Assembly: GCA_963843575.1 (NCBI GenBank)
Contig: CAWJKZ010000010.1
Coordinates: forward strand, 512,001 to 576,000
Reading direction: 5' to 3'
Length of the DNA: 64,000 bases
Source: an uncultured Acidobacteriota bacterium
Lineage (GTDB): Bacteria > Acidobacteriota > UBA6911
Shown: positions 30,093-41,888 of the stretch, piece after piece
How positions within the stretch are numbered: the first letter of the stretch is position 1
How the letters are laid out: each line of letters starts with the position of its first letter
The notes under the pieces: model-generated
Seen by the model: only the letters and a program-made list of their open reading frames with translations
The model's database searches: none
What the model was told of the DNA's origin: nothing
Made by a program: the position numbers and the translations under genes

Positions 30093-31472
30093 CTATGGGC
30101 CGACGTACTGGTCGATCACCCGCCCGATGGCGCGCCGGCACACGGCGCAGAAACCGACCTCGTCGCGCGTGAACATGATGCAGTCGGCCTGTGGCCGGTA
30201 GTAACCCTTGGCCTCGTACATCGCGCCTTCGAACGCCCCCACTTTCCCGCCATACGGTCCCGACGCGAGCAGTCTCGTCGTTCGCTGCTGCTCTTCCCTG
30301 AAGAGCGCCTCCATTTCCTGTTCGGCCCGGTTCTGCACGCGGAGCTCGCGACGGCGCTCCTGGACGGCTCGTTGCGCGGCCTCGAACTCGTCCTTCTGCC
30401 AGGGGGTTGGCAGCGGTGTCCCTGGGGCGATGAGGTCGTGCCACCGGTCCGCCCGAGGGTTGGCCGTGACGTTGGGTTCCCAGGGCTCCACGCGGTCCGC
30501 CGAAGATTCGTAGGCGACCGGGGACGTGTAGTACTCGTCTGCCAGGCCCGCGAAGTGGTGGCCGAACTCGTGCACGAAGATGTAGGGGGTCCAGGCGTTG
30601 TCGGCCGCCACGGTGGCATACAAGTTGTGGATCCCGCCGCCGCCGTATTTGCGGTTGTTCACGACGATTTCGATGAACTCGTAGGGAGCCGCGGCGGCGG
30701 CTTCCCGCACCCGCTTGTTGTCGTACGTCAGTATGTAGCGTTCCGACCCGAAGGCGTCGTAGGAGGCGCGCAGCGGCGAGCGGCGTTGCACGCCGTCCGA
30801 CGGCTGCGCGATTCCGCTCTGTTCGGCCGGTGTGTCCACCGCCCACACGTTGAAGGCCGCGCGGCGCTCCTTGAACGGCGAGACCGCAAACAGCAGTTCC
30901 GCCAGTCGCCGGGCGTCCTTGTGCCACTTGTCCATCTCCGCCGCGGTGTATCCGTCGCCCATCAGCAGCAGGTCGACTTTGTCTTTCGGGGCCATGTTGT
31001 TGATTACGGCCCATGCCTTCGGGGCTAAGCCGGTGCCGGTGCGGTCGACGGAAGAGCCCTTCGGATCGAGAACGATCGACCAGACCTCCCGAAAGGCGTT
31101 CTGGCGGTCCCGCTTCTTGAGAACGACCTGGAAGGGGCCCGGGGGTTCGGGAAAGCGGAGCGATTCGTGAAACGTCCTCGCTGCGTCCCTGGCCTCCGGG
31201 GTGGATTCCCATTCGCCGTAGATGCTCGCGAAGCCGCGCGAGTAGAGCAGGCGGTTGGTCGTCCGGTCGACGACCTGAAACTGGTACTTGCCCAGGTTGC
31301 TGTCGTCGAAGACACGAGAAGGGTTGCCCGGCCACGCCCCCTCGACCACGAGGGCGTCGAGACTGAAGCGTTCTTCCGCAGCCGTGCCGGTGTGAAAGTA
31401 GTCGAGACGCATGGTAAGGGGTTCGGGAGCGGCTGCCACGAGGCAGGCCAGCAAGAGCAGCGAGATAGTCAC
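30093..31472 (-). CDS. Secreted M64-family (IgA peptidase-like) metallopeptidase with M64 N-terminal domain
   Basis: Signal peptide; TMRLDYFHTG, LYSRGFASIYGEW, zincin motif VHEFGHHFAGLADEY, YYRPQADCIM, FCAVC. GTG 31472 follows a ggaggt SD (alternative start 31496). Confidence 0.9.
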   Translation of the reverse strand: MTISLLLLACLVAAAPEPLTMRLDYFHTGTAAEERFSLDALVVEGAWPGNPSRVFDDSNLGKYQFQVVDRTTNRLLYSRGFASIYGEWESTPEARDAARTFHESLRFPEPPGPFQVVLKKRDRQNAFREVWSIVLDPKGSSVDRTGTGLAPKAWAVINNMAPKDKVDLLLMGDGYTAAEMDKWHKDARRLAELLFAVSPFKERRAAFNVWAVDTPAEQSGIAQPSDGVQRRSPLRASYDAFGSERYILTYDNKRVREAAAAAPYEFIEIVVNNRKYGGGGIHNLYATVAADNAWTPYIFVHEFGHHFAGLADEYYTSPVAYESSADRVEPWEPNVTANPRADRWHDLIAPGTPLPTPWQKDEFEAAQRAVQERRRELRVQNRAEQEMEALFREEQQRTTRLLASGPYGGKVGAFEGAMYEAKGYYRPQADCIMFTRDEVGFCAVCRRAIGRVIDQYVGP

Positions 31473-31657
31473 GACCACACCTCCATTCGGAGCCATTTTA
31501 TGCCGTTCGGCCCCGTGTTGTCCTTCGGGATTCTATTGAGTCCCTTGAACGTGCGAAATCGGGGATTCCGGGAATCTCGAAGGGCATTGTGATCCTGCGC
31601 ATATTCCCTGAAGGCTCGACGGGGGATAATCGCGGGACCATCTGCCCGGAGGGTGTC

Positions 31658-32887
31658 ATGCAATTCGTTCAGACCAAGGCTCGCCCGTCGTCCCGCTCCC
31701 ATCACCTGCTGCTGACCGCGGTGCTGCTCCTGTGCGCGGCTGCGCCGACCCTGGCTCGCGGCGACAAGGTCATCCCCCAGGTGGCGGACGGCGCAGGCAA
31801 GATCAGGACCAAGATCAACATCAGCAATCTCAGCCCGAGCGCCATCGTCACGCGCACGAAGGTCTACTTCTTCCAGGCCGACTCGCGCCCGTGGACCGTG
31901 GCCACAAATCTCGGGACCGCAAGCGAGTTTCTGCTCGACCTCGGCCGCAGCAAGACCATGCGGATCGAGACCCTGGGGTTTTCCGAGGGACTCAAGGCCG
32001 GTTACGCGATAATCCGCGACGGGGAGGCAAACTCAGCGAGCGCCCTCGATTACCGGATCGGCGTCTCGGTCTTTTATGAGGTCCTGGACGGCAACCGCAT
32101 TGTGGACGCCGTCAGCGTTCCGGTCGGCGAACCCACTCTCCGTTGGGTATTCCCTGTCGAAATCGATGCGCTCAAAGGGCTCTACTCCGGTTTCGCCATC
32201 GTGAACCTCGGTGAAGCGGACAACCATGTCACCCTGAAGCTGTGGACCGCCTTCTCCCCCGCATCTGCCGACGCCTCCGACGGTGGGACCGTCGAGCTGG
32301 ACTTGGGCCCCGGAGAGCAGAAGGCCCGTTTCCTGAGCGAGCCGGGGCTTTTCCCGCAGTACCTCCTCTACAACGGCATCCTCTCGGGCACCGCGGACAA
32401 ACCGGTCGCAGTCCTCGGCTTGTTGCAGACCCAGGCGGCAGTCGGCGTGCAATACTCCACCCTGGCAGCGGAGAATCTCGACTCGATCTACAGGGAGTCG
32501 TACACCTACCTGCCGCAGACCTCGTCTCTGGACGCCGACGCCATCAAGGTGCCGTTTGCCACGACCGACGACGGGGGCGTCGCGGACGTTCTGTTGCAGG
32601 TGATCAGTTCCACGGTGCGCTACTTCGCCCCGCAGAACGGCGCGACGCTGGCATCCCTGGGAATCCGCACGGCGGGTGAGGTCGCCACCTTGACCCTGGA
32701 CGACCTCAGGGCGACCGCCTATGCGGCGACGCCGCTCGACTTCACGGACATTTCCGGAAACCTCGTCCCGGGTTTCTCGTTCGCGGTCAAAACATCTCAG
32801 GGACGCTTCGCCAAGGTGCGGGTCGACCGCATTGTGAGCCTGGGTGAAGCCAAAGATGTCGTCCTCCAGGTGTCGGTCTACCGCTAA
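31658..32887 (+). CDS. Secreted hypothetical protein (two beta-sandwich-like repeats plus a C-terminal domain)
   Basis: Signal peptide; IPQVADG and GFAIVN motifs of the kind seen in acidobacterial exported proteins; ggagg SD. Confidence 0.75.
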   Translation: MQFVQTKARPSSRSHHLLLTAVLLLCAAAPTLARGDKVIPQVADGAGKIRTKINISNLSPSAIVTRTKVYFFQADSRPWTVATNLGTASEFLLDLGRSKTMRIETLGFSEGLKAGYAIIRDGEANSASALDYRIGVSVFYEVLDGNRIVDAVSVPVGEPTLRWVFPVEIDALKGLYSGFAIVNLGEADNHVTLKLWTAFSPASADASDGGTVELDLGPGEQKARFLSEPGLFPQYLLYNGILSGTADKPVAVLGLLQTQAAVGVQYSTLAAENLDSIYRESYTYLPQTSSLDADAIKVPFATTDDGGVADVLLQVISSTVRYFAPQNGATLASLGIRTAGEVATLTLDDLRATAYAATPLDFTDISGNLVPGFSFAVKTSQGRFAKVRVDRIVSLGEAKDVVLQVSVYR

Positions 32888-32892
32888 CCCAT

Positions 32893-33006
32893 TTGGAGTG
32901 CGGCGGCTCGACGCCGCTTTGGTGGTGGCGCCTCGGCGCCACCGAATGCCGAGCCACCGGGTGTCATTTCGCAATTCGGCGTGGCTGCCGAGGCGCCGCA
33001 CTCCAA
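32893..33006. repeat. Family A REPIN-like doublet
   Basis: ttggagtgcggcggctcgacgccgcttt...gccgaggcgccgcactccaa. Confidence 0.83.
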
Positions 33007-33048
33007 TTCAGGCTTGATTTGTGAGGCGCGCGCCCGATAATGGGCGGT

Positions 33049-33900
33049 ATGAAGCGGGTCGAGGAGTTGCTGCGGCTGTCGGTGCCGGAATTGCGGAAGC
33101 GCTTCGTCGAGCGGAAACGCCCGGTCCCGGCTGCCCTGCTCGAAGCCCTCGAGCGGGACGGCCGCGCGGGCGCCCGCCAGGTGGCGGAAACCGTCCGGCG
33201 GCGGCGCGCGGCAAACCGGCGCGAAGGGCAGCGGCTGCACCGCCTGTTGCGCTTTGAGACCGAGCTTTGGCGCGAGGGCATCCTCCTCATCGCCGGGGTG
33301 GACGAAGCCGGGATGGCCCCGCTCGCTGGGCCAGTTGTGGCGGCGGCCGTCATCCTTCCGCGCAATTACAGGCTGCGCGGCCTGGACGACTCGAAGAAGG
33401 TCCTGGACCCGGAATTCCGGGAGGTTCTGGCTCTGCAGATCAAGAAGGACGCCCTGTCCTGGGCGGTGGGACGAGCGGAGGTCGAAGAAATCGACCGGTT
33501 GAACATCTACCACGCGGGGCTGATCGCGATGCAGAGGGCCGTGGAGTCGCTGACCCGCAAACCGGAGTACCTGCTCGTGGACGCCCGCACCATCCCGCAG
33601 TGCGGCACCCCACAGAGGGGCATTATCCACGGTGATGCGCTCTCGGCGAGCATCGCGGCCGCCTCCATCATTGCCAAGACCACCCGCGACGCCTACATGA
33701 TCGAGGTCGACCGCCAGTACTCGGGATACCGCTTCGCCTCCCACAAGGGCTACCCGACCCCGGAGCACTGCCGCCTGCTGAAGGAACTCGGTGCCGTGCC
33801 GGTGCACAGGCAGAGCTTCGCCCGCGTGCGCCAGGTGCTCGGCCTCGACCCGGTCCAGGGAGAGCTTTTCCCGGCGGATTCGTGCGACGGGTCGGCCTGA
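33049..33900 (+). CDS. rnhB: Ribonuclease HII with N-terminal extension
   Basis: [44 protein letters not shown] and HKGYPT motifs. Confidence 0.95.
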   Translation: MKRVEELLRLSVPELRKRFVERKRPVPAALLEALERDGRAGARQVAETVRRRRAANRREGQRLHRLLRFETELWREGILLIAGVDEAGMAPLAGPVVAAAVILPRNYRLRGLDDSKKVLDPEFREVLALQIKKDALSWAVGRAEVEEIDRLNIYHAGLIAMQRAVESLTRKPEYLLVDARTIPQCGTPQRGIIHGDALSASIAAASIIAKTTRDAYMIEVDRQYSGYRFASHKGYPTPEHCRLLKELGAVPVHRQSFARVRQVLGLDPVQGELFPADSCDGSA

Positions 33901-33912
33901 AGGCTCGTGAGG

Positions 33913-34719
33913 TCACGGCCACAGGGAGTTCAACACGGCGGCCACCCGCAAGCCTGCCAGAATCAACCGCTCCTGCACGACCGGAACAGCGCGCAGATAA
34001 TACGCGCGGCCCAGCCTTAGCCCTGGGGTGAGCGGACGGTCGCTGCCGGGCTGCAGGTACGCGCGGCGCGCCTCGGTCAGGCTCTCGTTGGCCCAATCGA
34101 CCTCGGTCCGGCCGGCGTCTTTTCGGGCGGCCCCGATCATCCCCTCGAGCTCGCGTACCAGCCAGTTCTCGCTTCGAGCGTGCCGCTCCAGCACGCGCCA
34201 ATCCCAGACCTGGTGGAGGTTGGCGCCCTCGCCATAAAACCTTACCTGCAGGTCATTTCCGCCGCGGTCGCCGCGTCCGCCGACGTGCAATGGCTGGTGC
34301 AAGTCCTGGATTGCGTGAACGAGGAATTTCAGCGCCACCTGCTTCTCGTAGCGGGAGGAGCGCGGGTTGCGCAGGATCGCTTTGAAATCCGCTATCTTGC
34401 CAACCACGCAGCCCTCGCGCGGGCAGTAGGCAGGATCGTACCTCGTTACCGTGATGGGGACGTTGACGTAGTGCCACGGAGCGCTGTGCGGCACCTCACG
34501 CTGGAGATCGGCCCAAAGCGCCGCGTCGACGAAAGTCCCGCCGCGCTCGAGCAGGCCGGCGACGGCGGCACGGGCCGCGGGCGAGAGCCGGGGTTCGGCC
34601 AGGCGCGCGGCCACGCGATGGCCGAGCGGCCCCCAACCGGACGCCGGGACCGGCAACCCCGCAACTCCAGCCAGCAACACCAGGGCCCAGACCCGTCTCT
34701 TGGCGCTCGTGAATCTCAA
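33913..34719 (-). CDS. Secreted S1/P1 nuclease
   Basis: Signal peptide then WGPLGH, WAD, WHYVN, HAIQDLHQPLH and NLHQVWD (trinuclear Zn ligands). Confidence 0.92.
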   Translation of the reverse strand: MRFTSAKRRVWALVLLAGVAGLPVPASGWGPLGHRVAARLAEPRLSPAARAAVAGLLERGGTFVDAALWADLQREVPHSAPWHYVNVPITVTRYDPAYCPREGCVVGKIADFKAILRNPRSSRYEKQVALKFLVHAIQDLHQPLHVGGRGDRGGNDLQVRFYGEGANLHQVWDWRVLERHARSENWLVRELEGMIGAARKDAGRTEVDWANESLTEARRAYLQPGSDRPLTPGLRLGRAYYLRAVPVVQERLILAGLRVAAVLNSLWP

Positions 34720-35282
34720 TCCCTTACCTTGCCGTCTGCTTTCCAGAGATACAGGGTCCGGCTGTAGCCGTTGCTGTCCTGGAATGTCTCGGTCTTGGCC
34801 GCTTCCCAGTCACCCATCGAAAACGCGTGCGACACGATCCGGGCGCCGGGCTTCAACTGCCTGGTCAGCAGCGGACGCAACTTCAGGTTCGAGGACGAGA
34901 GCAGGTACAGGGTCACGACCGTGGCCTTGGAAACGTCCACGGTCGTGGCGTCCTGCAGCTTGAAACTGACCAGGTTCTCGACCCCGGCCATCTTGGCGTT
35001 CGCCTGCGACTCGCTGATCCGCTCCGGGTCGATATCGACGCCCACGCCGTGCGCGCCGTACTTCTTGGCCGCCGTGATCACGATGCGGCCGTCGCCGCAA
35101 CCGAGGTCATAGACCACGTCCTGGGACGTGACCGCCGCGAGCGCAAGCATGCGGTCCACGATCTCCTGCGGCGTCGGCACGTAAGGGGCGAGACTCTCCT
35201 GCGGTGCCGCAGCGGGATTGCCGGGCAGGCAGGCGATTGCTATCCCCACAACGAAAATCAGCGCTGCTGTTCGTAGCAACAT
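34716..35282 (-). CDS. Class I SAM-dependent methyltransferase with signal-peptide-like N-terminus
   Basis: APYVPTP, YDLGCGDGRIVI, GVDID, ATVVTLYL and PGARIVSHAF; stop overlaps the nuclease start. Confidence 0.88.
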   Translation of the reverse strand: MLLRTAALIFVVGIAIACLPGNPAAAPQESLAPYVPTPQEIVDRMLALAAVTSQDVVYDLGCGDGRIVITAAKKYGAHGVGVDIDPERISESQANAKMAGVENLVSFKLQDATTVDVSKATVVTLYLLSSSNLKLRPLLTRQLKPGARIVSHAFSMGDWEAAKTETFQDSNGYSRTLYLWKADGKVRD

Positions 35283-35361
35283 GTGATCCTCCGTGAACTC
35301 CAGGGGGCATCGGGTATCCGGCACACTGTAGCACGGCCCGGCCACGGCCTAAACACAAAGC

Positions 35362-35645
35362 AAGTGGGTCCAACGATTGATCTGCCCGATCCAAACAAGA
35401 TACAAGTGGATCCGGGCTTCAGCCCGGACGCTGTTTGCGGTCGCTATAGCGTGCGCCCGTCGCCACATAGATCAGATCAAAAGACGTCCGGGCTGAAGCC
35501 CGGACCCACTTGTGTTACGGACAGGTCGGGCGGTTCAATCGTTGGGCAGCCTCTTCCAGCCGGACGGCGTTGTGGTTGCTGTCTAATGCAGGTGTCGCTA
35601 TATCGGCCAGATCAAACGACGTCCGGGCGAAGCCCGGATCCACGT
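35362..35645. repeat. Family B REP-like cluster (GTGGRTCCGGGCTTCAGCCCGGAC): one intact doublet plus a degenerate copy
   Basis: aagtggatccgggcttcagcccggacg...cgtccgggctgaagcccggacccactt (35404-35511); degenerate copy at about 35552-35643; tcaatcgttgggcagcc module. Confidence 0.88.
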
Positions 35646-35797
35646 CGCTTGCGTCAGGTCGGCGGCACCTAAAAAAAATTGCATTTCCGGTTCAAACCGA
35701 ATACTTTGAATGTAATCGCAACAAGTCCACTTGTAATGCGGCGCCGCCGGCCAGGCCGGCCGGAATTCATCAGAGGAAGAAGAGAGGGCTGTGCCAG

Positions 35798-38700
35798 GTG
35801 AGCAGGGATATTCGTATTCATGGAGTACCGCCTCCCCAGGGTCTGTACGATCCGAGCGGCGAGCGGGACGCTTGCGGCATCGGGTTCGTCGTCAACATCA
35901 ACGGCCAGAAGTCCCATGAAATCATACTGAAGGGGATAGAGATCCTCATCAACCTGACGCACCGCGGCGCCTGCGGGTGCGATCCGGTGACCGGCGACGG
36001 GGCCGGTCTGATGATCCAGATCCCGCACGCGTTTTTCGAGCTCGAATGCGCCAGGCTCGGGTTTGCCCTTCCCAGCCCCGGCGAGTACGGCGTCGGCATG
36101 GTGTTCCTGCCCGTCGAGCGCCACCAGCGTCTCACGTGCGAAGGGATCCTGGAACGTATCGTGCGCGAGGAGGGGCTCAGCGTCGCCGGCTGGCGCGACA
36201 CCCCGATCGACGCCAACGCGATCGGCCGCATCGCGCGCGCCTCGCAGCCGTACATCCAGCAGATCTTCGTGCGGCAGACTCCCGGAATGAACCAGGACGC
36301 GCTCGAGCGCAAGCTCTACGTCATCCGCAAGAGGGCCGAAGCCGAAGTGGCCTCGTCCGAGCTGCACGACAAGGGCTTCTTCTACATGCCCTCGCTCTCT
36401 TCCCGCACGATTGTCTACAAGGGCCTTCTGCTGGCACCGCAGATCGCCCACTTCTACAAGGAGCTCTCGAACCCGGCCGTCGTCAGCGCGCTTTGCCTCG
36501 TGCACCAGCGCTTCTCCACCAACACGTTTCCGACCTGGCACCTCGCCCACCCGTTCCGCTTCATCTGCCACAACGGGGAGATCAACACGCTGAAGGGGAA
36601 CGTGGCGTGGATGGACGCCCGGCAGTCCGTGATGGCCTCGCCGCTCTTCGGTGACGACATCGGGAAGCTCATCCCGATCATCGCCCCGGGGGGCAGCGAC
36701 TCCGCGTGCGTCGACAACGCGGTGGAACTGCTGCACCTCGCTGGCCGAAGCCTGCCGCACGTGATGGCGATGCTGATCCCCGAGGCGTGGGCGTCGGACT
36801 CCTCCATGAGCCCGGCGAAGAAGGCCTTCTACGAGTACCACGCGTCGCTGATGGAGCCGTGGGACGGGCCGGCGGCGATCGCGTTCAGCGACGGCAGGGT
36901 GATCGGAGCGACGCTCGACCGGAACGGCCTCCGCCCGGCCCGCTATCTCGTCACCAACGACGACCTGGTGATCATGGCCTCCGAAACCGGCGTCCTGCCG
37001 GTCAAGCCGGAGGATGTCCGGTTCAAGGGCCGCCTGCAGCCCGGCCGGATGCTCCTGGTGGACACCGAGCAGGGGCGCATCGTGCCCGACGAGGAGATCA
37101 AGGAAGGCCTCGCCGCGCAGACAGCCCTACGCCGAGTGGCTGAAGGAGAACCAGATCACGCTGGAGCAGCTCCCGGCGCCCCCGCGCTGGCACCCGACCG
37201 AACCCGAATCCATGGTCGGCCGGCTGCGCTGTTTCGGGTACACGGACGAGGAGCTGCGCATGATCCTCGCCCCGATGGCCGATCGACGGGCAGGAGCCGG
37301 TCGGGTCGATGGGGACGGACACCCCGCTCGCGTGCCTGTCCGACCGCCCGCAGCTGCTGTTCCACTACTTCAAGCAGCTGTTCGCCCAGGTGACCAACCC
37401 GGCGATCGACCCGATACGCGAGGAGCTGGTCATGTCGCTGACCAGCTTCATCGGCACCGAACGCAACCTGCTCGGCCGAGACGCCGCAACACTGCCACAC
37501 GCTTGAAGCTCGACGACTCCATCCTGACCAACTTCGACCTGGAGAAGCTCCGCCGCGTGTCCTGGGGCGATTTCCTGGCGACCACGCTCCCGATGCTGTA
37601 CCGGGTCGAAGGCGGCGAAAAGGAGCTGGAGCGGGCGCTGGACGGTCTTTGCCGCCGCGCGTCGCTCGCCATCCGCTCGGGCTACAGCCTGCTGATCCTC
37701 TCGGACCGCGGCGTCGAAAGCGATTACGCGCCGATCCCGAGCCTGCTGGCGCTCACGGCGGTGCACAACCACCTCGTGCGCGAGGCGACGCGCACGCAGG
37801 TGGCACTCATCGTGGAATCCGGCGAACCGCGCGAGGTCATGCACTTTGCCCTCCTGATCGGCTACGGCGCCAGCGCCATCAACCCGTACCTCGCCATCGA
37901 GACCATCGAGGAACTCCACCGCCGCGGCACGCTCCCTCCCCACATCACGGCCGCCGGCGCTCTGAAGAACTACAAGAAGGCGATCAACAAGGGCCTGCTC
38001 AAGGTGTTCTCGAAGATGGGCATTTCCACCCTCCAGAGCTACCACGGCGCCCAGGTTTTCGAGGCGATCGGGCTGAACAGGTCCCTGATCGAGAAGTATT
38101 TCACCGGCACGCCCGTCGCGCATCGAAGGGGTCGGGCTCGACGTGCTGGCGCGCGAGTCCAGGATCAAGCACCAGCACTCGCTGCGGCCGGTGACCGGGT
38201 CCGACCTGGAACTGGACTGTGGCGGCCACTACGCGTTCCGGATCGGGGGCGAGTATCACCTCTACAACCCCGTCACGATCAGCAAACTGCAGCACGCGGT
38301 GCGGCAGTCGCGCTACGAGAACTACCGGGAGTACGCCGAGCACGTCAACAACCAGACACGGCAGCTCTGCACCCTGCGCGGCCTGATGACGCTGCGCAAG
38401 TCGCTTCACCCGATTCCGCTCGAGGAGGTCGAACCGGCCCGCGAGATCGTCAAACGCTTCGCCACCGGCGCGATGTCGTTCGGCTCCATCAGCAAGGAAG
38501 CGCACGAGACCCTGGCCATCGCGATGAACCGGATCGGGGCGAAGTCCAACACGGGCGAGGGGGGCGAGGACGAGGCGCGCTTCGCGCCCGACGCCAACGG
38601 CGACTGGCGCCGGAGCGCGATCAAGCAGGTGGCTTCCGGGCGTTTCGGCGTGACCACCAACTACCTGGTCAACGCCGACGAACTGCAGATCAAGATCGCC

Positions 38701-40377
38701 CAGGGAGCCAAGCCGGGCGAGGGGGGGCAGCTTCCCGGCCACAAGGTGGACGAGGTCATCGCGCGGGTGCGCCACTCCATCCCCGGCGTCCAGCTGATCT
38801 CGCCGCCGCCGCACCACGACATCTACTCGATCGAGGACCTTGCGCAGCTGATCTACGACCTCAAAAACGTCAACCCGAAGGCCCGCATCTCGGTCAAGCT
38901 GGTCGCCGAAGTCGGAGTCGGGATCGTGGCCGCCGGCGTGGCCAAGGCCCACGCCGACGTCGTCCTCATCAGCGGCCACGACGGGGGCACCGGGGCGTCA
39001 CCGCTGTCGGCCATGAAACACTCGGGGATTCCGTGGGAACTGGGGCTGGCGGAAACCCAGCAGGTGCTGGTGATGAACGACCTGCGCAGCCGCATTCGCG
39101 TCCAGACCGACGGCAAGCTGCAGACCGGGCGCGACGTGGTCATCGCGGCGCTGCTCGGCGCGGAGGAGTTCGGGTTTGCGACCGCCCCGCTGGTGGCGCT
39201 CGGCTGCATCATGATGAGAAAGTGCCACCTGAACACCTGCCCCGCCGGCATCGCCACGCAGGACCCCGTCCTGAGGCAGAGATTCCAGGGGCAGCCGGAA
39301 CACGTGGTCAACTTCTTTTTCTACGTCGCCGAGGAAGTCCGCGGGCTGATGGCGGAAATGGGATTCCGGACGATGGACGAGATGATCGGCCGGGTCGACA
39401 TGATCGATGTGCGCGACTGCGTGGACCACTGGAAAGCGAGGGGGCTCGATCTGTCCGCGATCCTTTTCAGCCCTCCGGTTCCCGGCCGCGTGGGGCGAAG
39501 GTGCATGGTCGCTCAGGACCACGGTTTGTCGGAGGCCCTCGACTACACTCTCATCGAACGGGCCCGCCCCTCGATCGAGACCGGCGCCCCCACCGACCTG
39601 TCGCTGCCCATCCGGAACATTCACAGGACGGTCGGGGCCATGCTGAGCGGCGAGGTCGCCCGCCGACACGGGTCACGCGGCCTGCCGGACGACACCATCC
39701 GATTCCACTTCACCGGGTCCGCCGGGCAGAGTTTCGGCGCTTTCCTCGCCAAGGGCATCACCCTGACGCTCGAGGGGGACGCGAACGACTACGTCGGCAA
39801 GGGGCTTTCAGGCGGCCGGCTGATCATCCGTCCGCCCAACGGCTCGTCCTACGTACCCGAAGACAACATGATCGTCGGAAACGTCGTGCTGTACGGGGCC
39901 ACCAGCGGCGAGGCCTTCTTCAACGGCATGGCCGGGGAACGCTTTGCAGTCCGGAACTCGGGCGCCACCGCCGTGGTTGAGGCCGTCGGGGACCACGGCT
40001 GCGAATACATGACCAAAGGGATGGTCGTCATCCTGGGAAACACGGGCCGGAACTTCGCCGCAGGCATGACCGGCGGCGTCGCCTTCGTCCTGGACGAGAC
40101 CGGGGAGTTCGCCACGGTACGCTGCAACCGCGCCGGCGTCGACCTCGAATCCCTGGCCGACATGGAGGAAATCGCGGCGGTCCAGATCCTCCTGTCGCGC
40201 CACGTCGAATACACGCGCAGCCCCCGCGCACGCTGGATCCTGGACAACTGGGACGCCCTGTTGCCCAGGTTTGTAAAGGTCTTCCCCCACGAGTACAAGC
40301 GGGTGCTCGGCGCGGCCGCGACCCGGAACCCGCAGGGGGGTGGCCTGCCGGAGATCAGGCAGGTGGTCCATGGGTAA
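35798..40377 (+). CDS. gltB: Glutamate synthase large subunit; five +1 insertions between about 37115 and 38115
   Basis: DACGIGF (catalytic Cys), [68 protein letters not shown] and [10 protein letters not shown] spread over successive frames. Confidence 0.95.
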
Positions 40378-41779
40378 AGTCACCGGGTTTCTCGAATTCG
40401 AGCGGGAGTTGCCCGAACGGCGTCCGGTCGCCGAGCGGGTCCAGGACTTCTTCGAGCTGTACCAGCCCTTCCCTGACGAGAAGGTGCGCACCCAGGGGGC
40501 GCGCTGCATGGACTGCGGCATCCCCTTCTGCCACACCGGGTGCCCCGTCAACAACATCATCCCCGACTGGAACGACCTCGCGTACCGCGACCGGTGGCAC
40601 GACGCCATACGCGTGCTGCACGCCACGAACAACTTTCCGGAATTCACCGGCCGCGTGTGCCCCGCCCCGTGCGAGACTTCGTGCGTGCTGGGCATCAGCG
40701 CTCCTCCCGTGGCCATCAAGGCGATCGAAAAGTCGATCGTGGAAAAGGCGTTCCGGGAGGGGTTCATCCGCCCCGAACCGCCGGAAACGCCAAGCGGGAA
40801 GCGGGTCGCGGTCATCGGCTCCGGCCCCGCGGGACTGGCAGCCGCCCAGCAGCTCGCGCGGGCCGGCCACACCGTCTCCGTATACGAGAAGGCCGACCGC
40901 ATCGGGGGCCTCCTCCGGTACGGCATCCCTGATTTCAAACTCGAGAAGGACGTCATCGACCGAAGGCTTGAGCAGATGAGGGCCGAGGGCGTGCAGTTCC
41001 ACACTCGGGCCCACGTCGGCATCGACGTGGCGGTCCACGAGCTGCGCAGGAATTACCACGCGGTGCTCCTCACCTGCGGGGCCGAGCAGCCACGGGAGCT
41101 CAGGGTCCCGGGGCGCGACCTGAAGGGGATCTGCTTCGCCATGCAGTTTCTGCCACAGCAGAACCGGCGCTGCGCCGGCGACCGGGTCGATCCGCGCGAG
41201 GCAATCGTTGCCACGGGCAAACGCGTAATCATCATCGGCGGCGGAGACACCGGGGCCGACTGCCTGGGAACCGCGATCCGCCAGAAGGCCCTGTCGATTC
41301 ACCAGCTTGAAATCATGCCGCGCCCCCCGGAAGCGCGCTCGCCCCAGACGCCCTGGCCTATGTGGCCCCTGATGCTGCGCACGGAGACGTCGCACGAAGA
41401 GGGGGGCATCCGCGAATGGTCCGCCGCAACGACAAAGTTCACCGGGGACGAGCAGGGCAACGTCCAGCAGCTGCACGCGGTGCGCGTCGGCCCCGCCCCG
41501 GGCTTTGAGCCTATGCCCGGGACCGAATTCACCCTGGAGGCCGACCTCGTGCTCCTGGCCATGGGCTTCGAAGGGCCCGTCCGCAGCGGCATGATCGAGC
41601 AGCTCGGGGTCGCCCTCGACGCCCGCGGCAACGCCTCCACCGACGGGAACTACATGACTTCGGTCCCAGGAGTGTTTGCCGCCGGCGACATGCGTCGCGG
41701 ACAGTCGCTCGTCGTGTGGGCCATCCGCGAGGGCCGGCAGGCCGCGCGTTCGATCGACTTCTTCCTCAAGCAGGAGTGA
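40370..41779 (+). CDS. gltD: Glutamate synthase small subunit
   Basis: [38 protein letters not shown] and [14 protein letters not shown]. Confidence 0.96.
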   Translation: MGKVTGFLEFERELPERRPVAERVQDFFELYQPFPDEKVRTQGARCMDCGIPFCHTGCPVNNIIPDWNDLAYRDRWHDAIRVLHATNNFPEFTGRVCPAPCETSCVLGISAPPVAIKAIEKSIVEKAFREGFIRPEPPETPSGKRVAVIGSGPAGLAAAQQLARAGHTVSVYEKADRIGGLLRYGIPDFKLEKDVIDRRLEQMRAEGVQFHTRAHVGIDVAVHELRRNYHAVLLTCGAEQPRELRVPGRDLKGICFAMQFLPQQNRRCAGDRVDPREAIVATGKRVIIIGGGDTGADCLGTAIRQKALSIHQLEIMPRPPEARSPQTPWPMWPLMLRTETSHEEGGIREWSAATTKFTGDEQGNVQQLHAVRVGPAPGFEPMPGTEFTLEADLVLLAMGFEGPVRSGMIEQLGVALDARGNASTDGNYMTSVPGVFAAGDMRRGQSLVVWAIREGRQAARSIDFFLKQE

Positions 41780-41783
41780 AAAT

Positions 41784-41873
41784 CTGGAGTGCGGCGGATC
41801 GACGCCGCTTTGGTGGAGGCGCCCGGGCGCCGCAATGGCGCGATCCGCTGTGGCGCCAAGGCGCCGCACTCCA
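41784..41873. repeat. Family A REPIN-like doublet
   Basis: ctggagtgcggcggatcgacgccgcttt...ggcgccaaggcgccgcactcca. Confidence 0.83.
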
Positions 41874-41888
41874 CATTGGAGATCGTCG

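Noticed and set aside
35665-35684. sigma54 promoter for gltB (GGCAC...TTGCA)
   Set aside because: The spacing between GG and GC is about 5 nt too long for -24/-12.
35798-40377. gltB as a pseudogene or programmed frameshift/readthrough (including the TGA at 37504)
   Set aside because: All breaks are +1 insertions without slippery sites, motifs are intact and gltD is intact. The same pattern affects six other genes, so an artefact is more likely.
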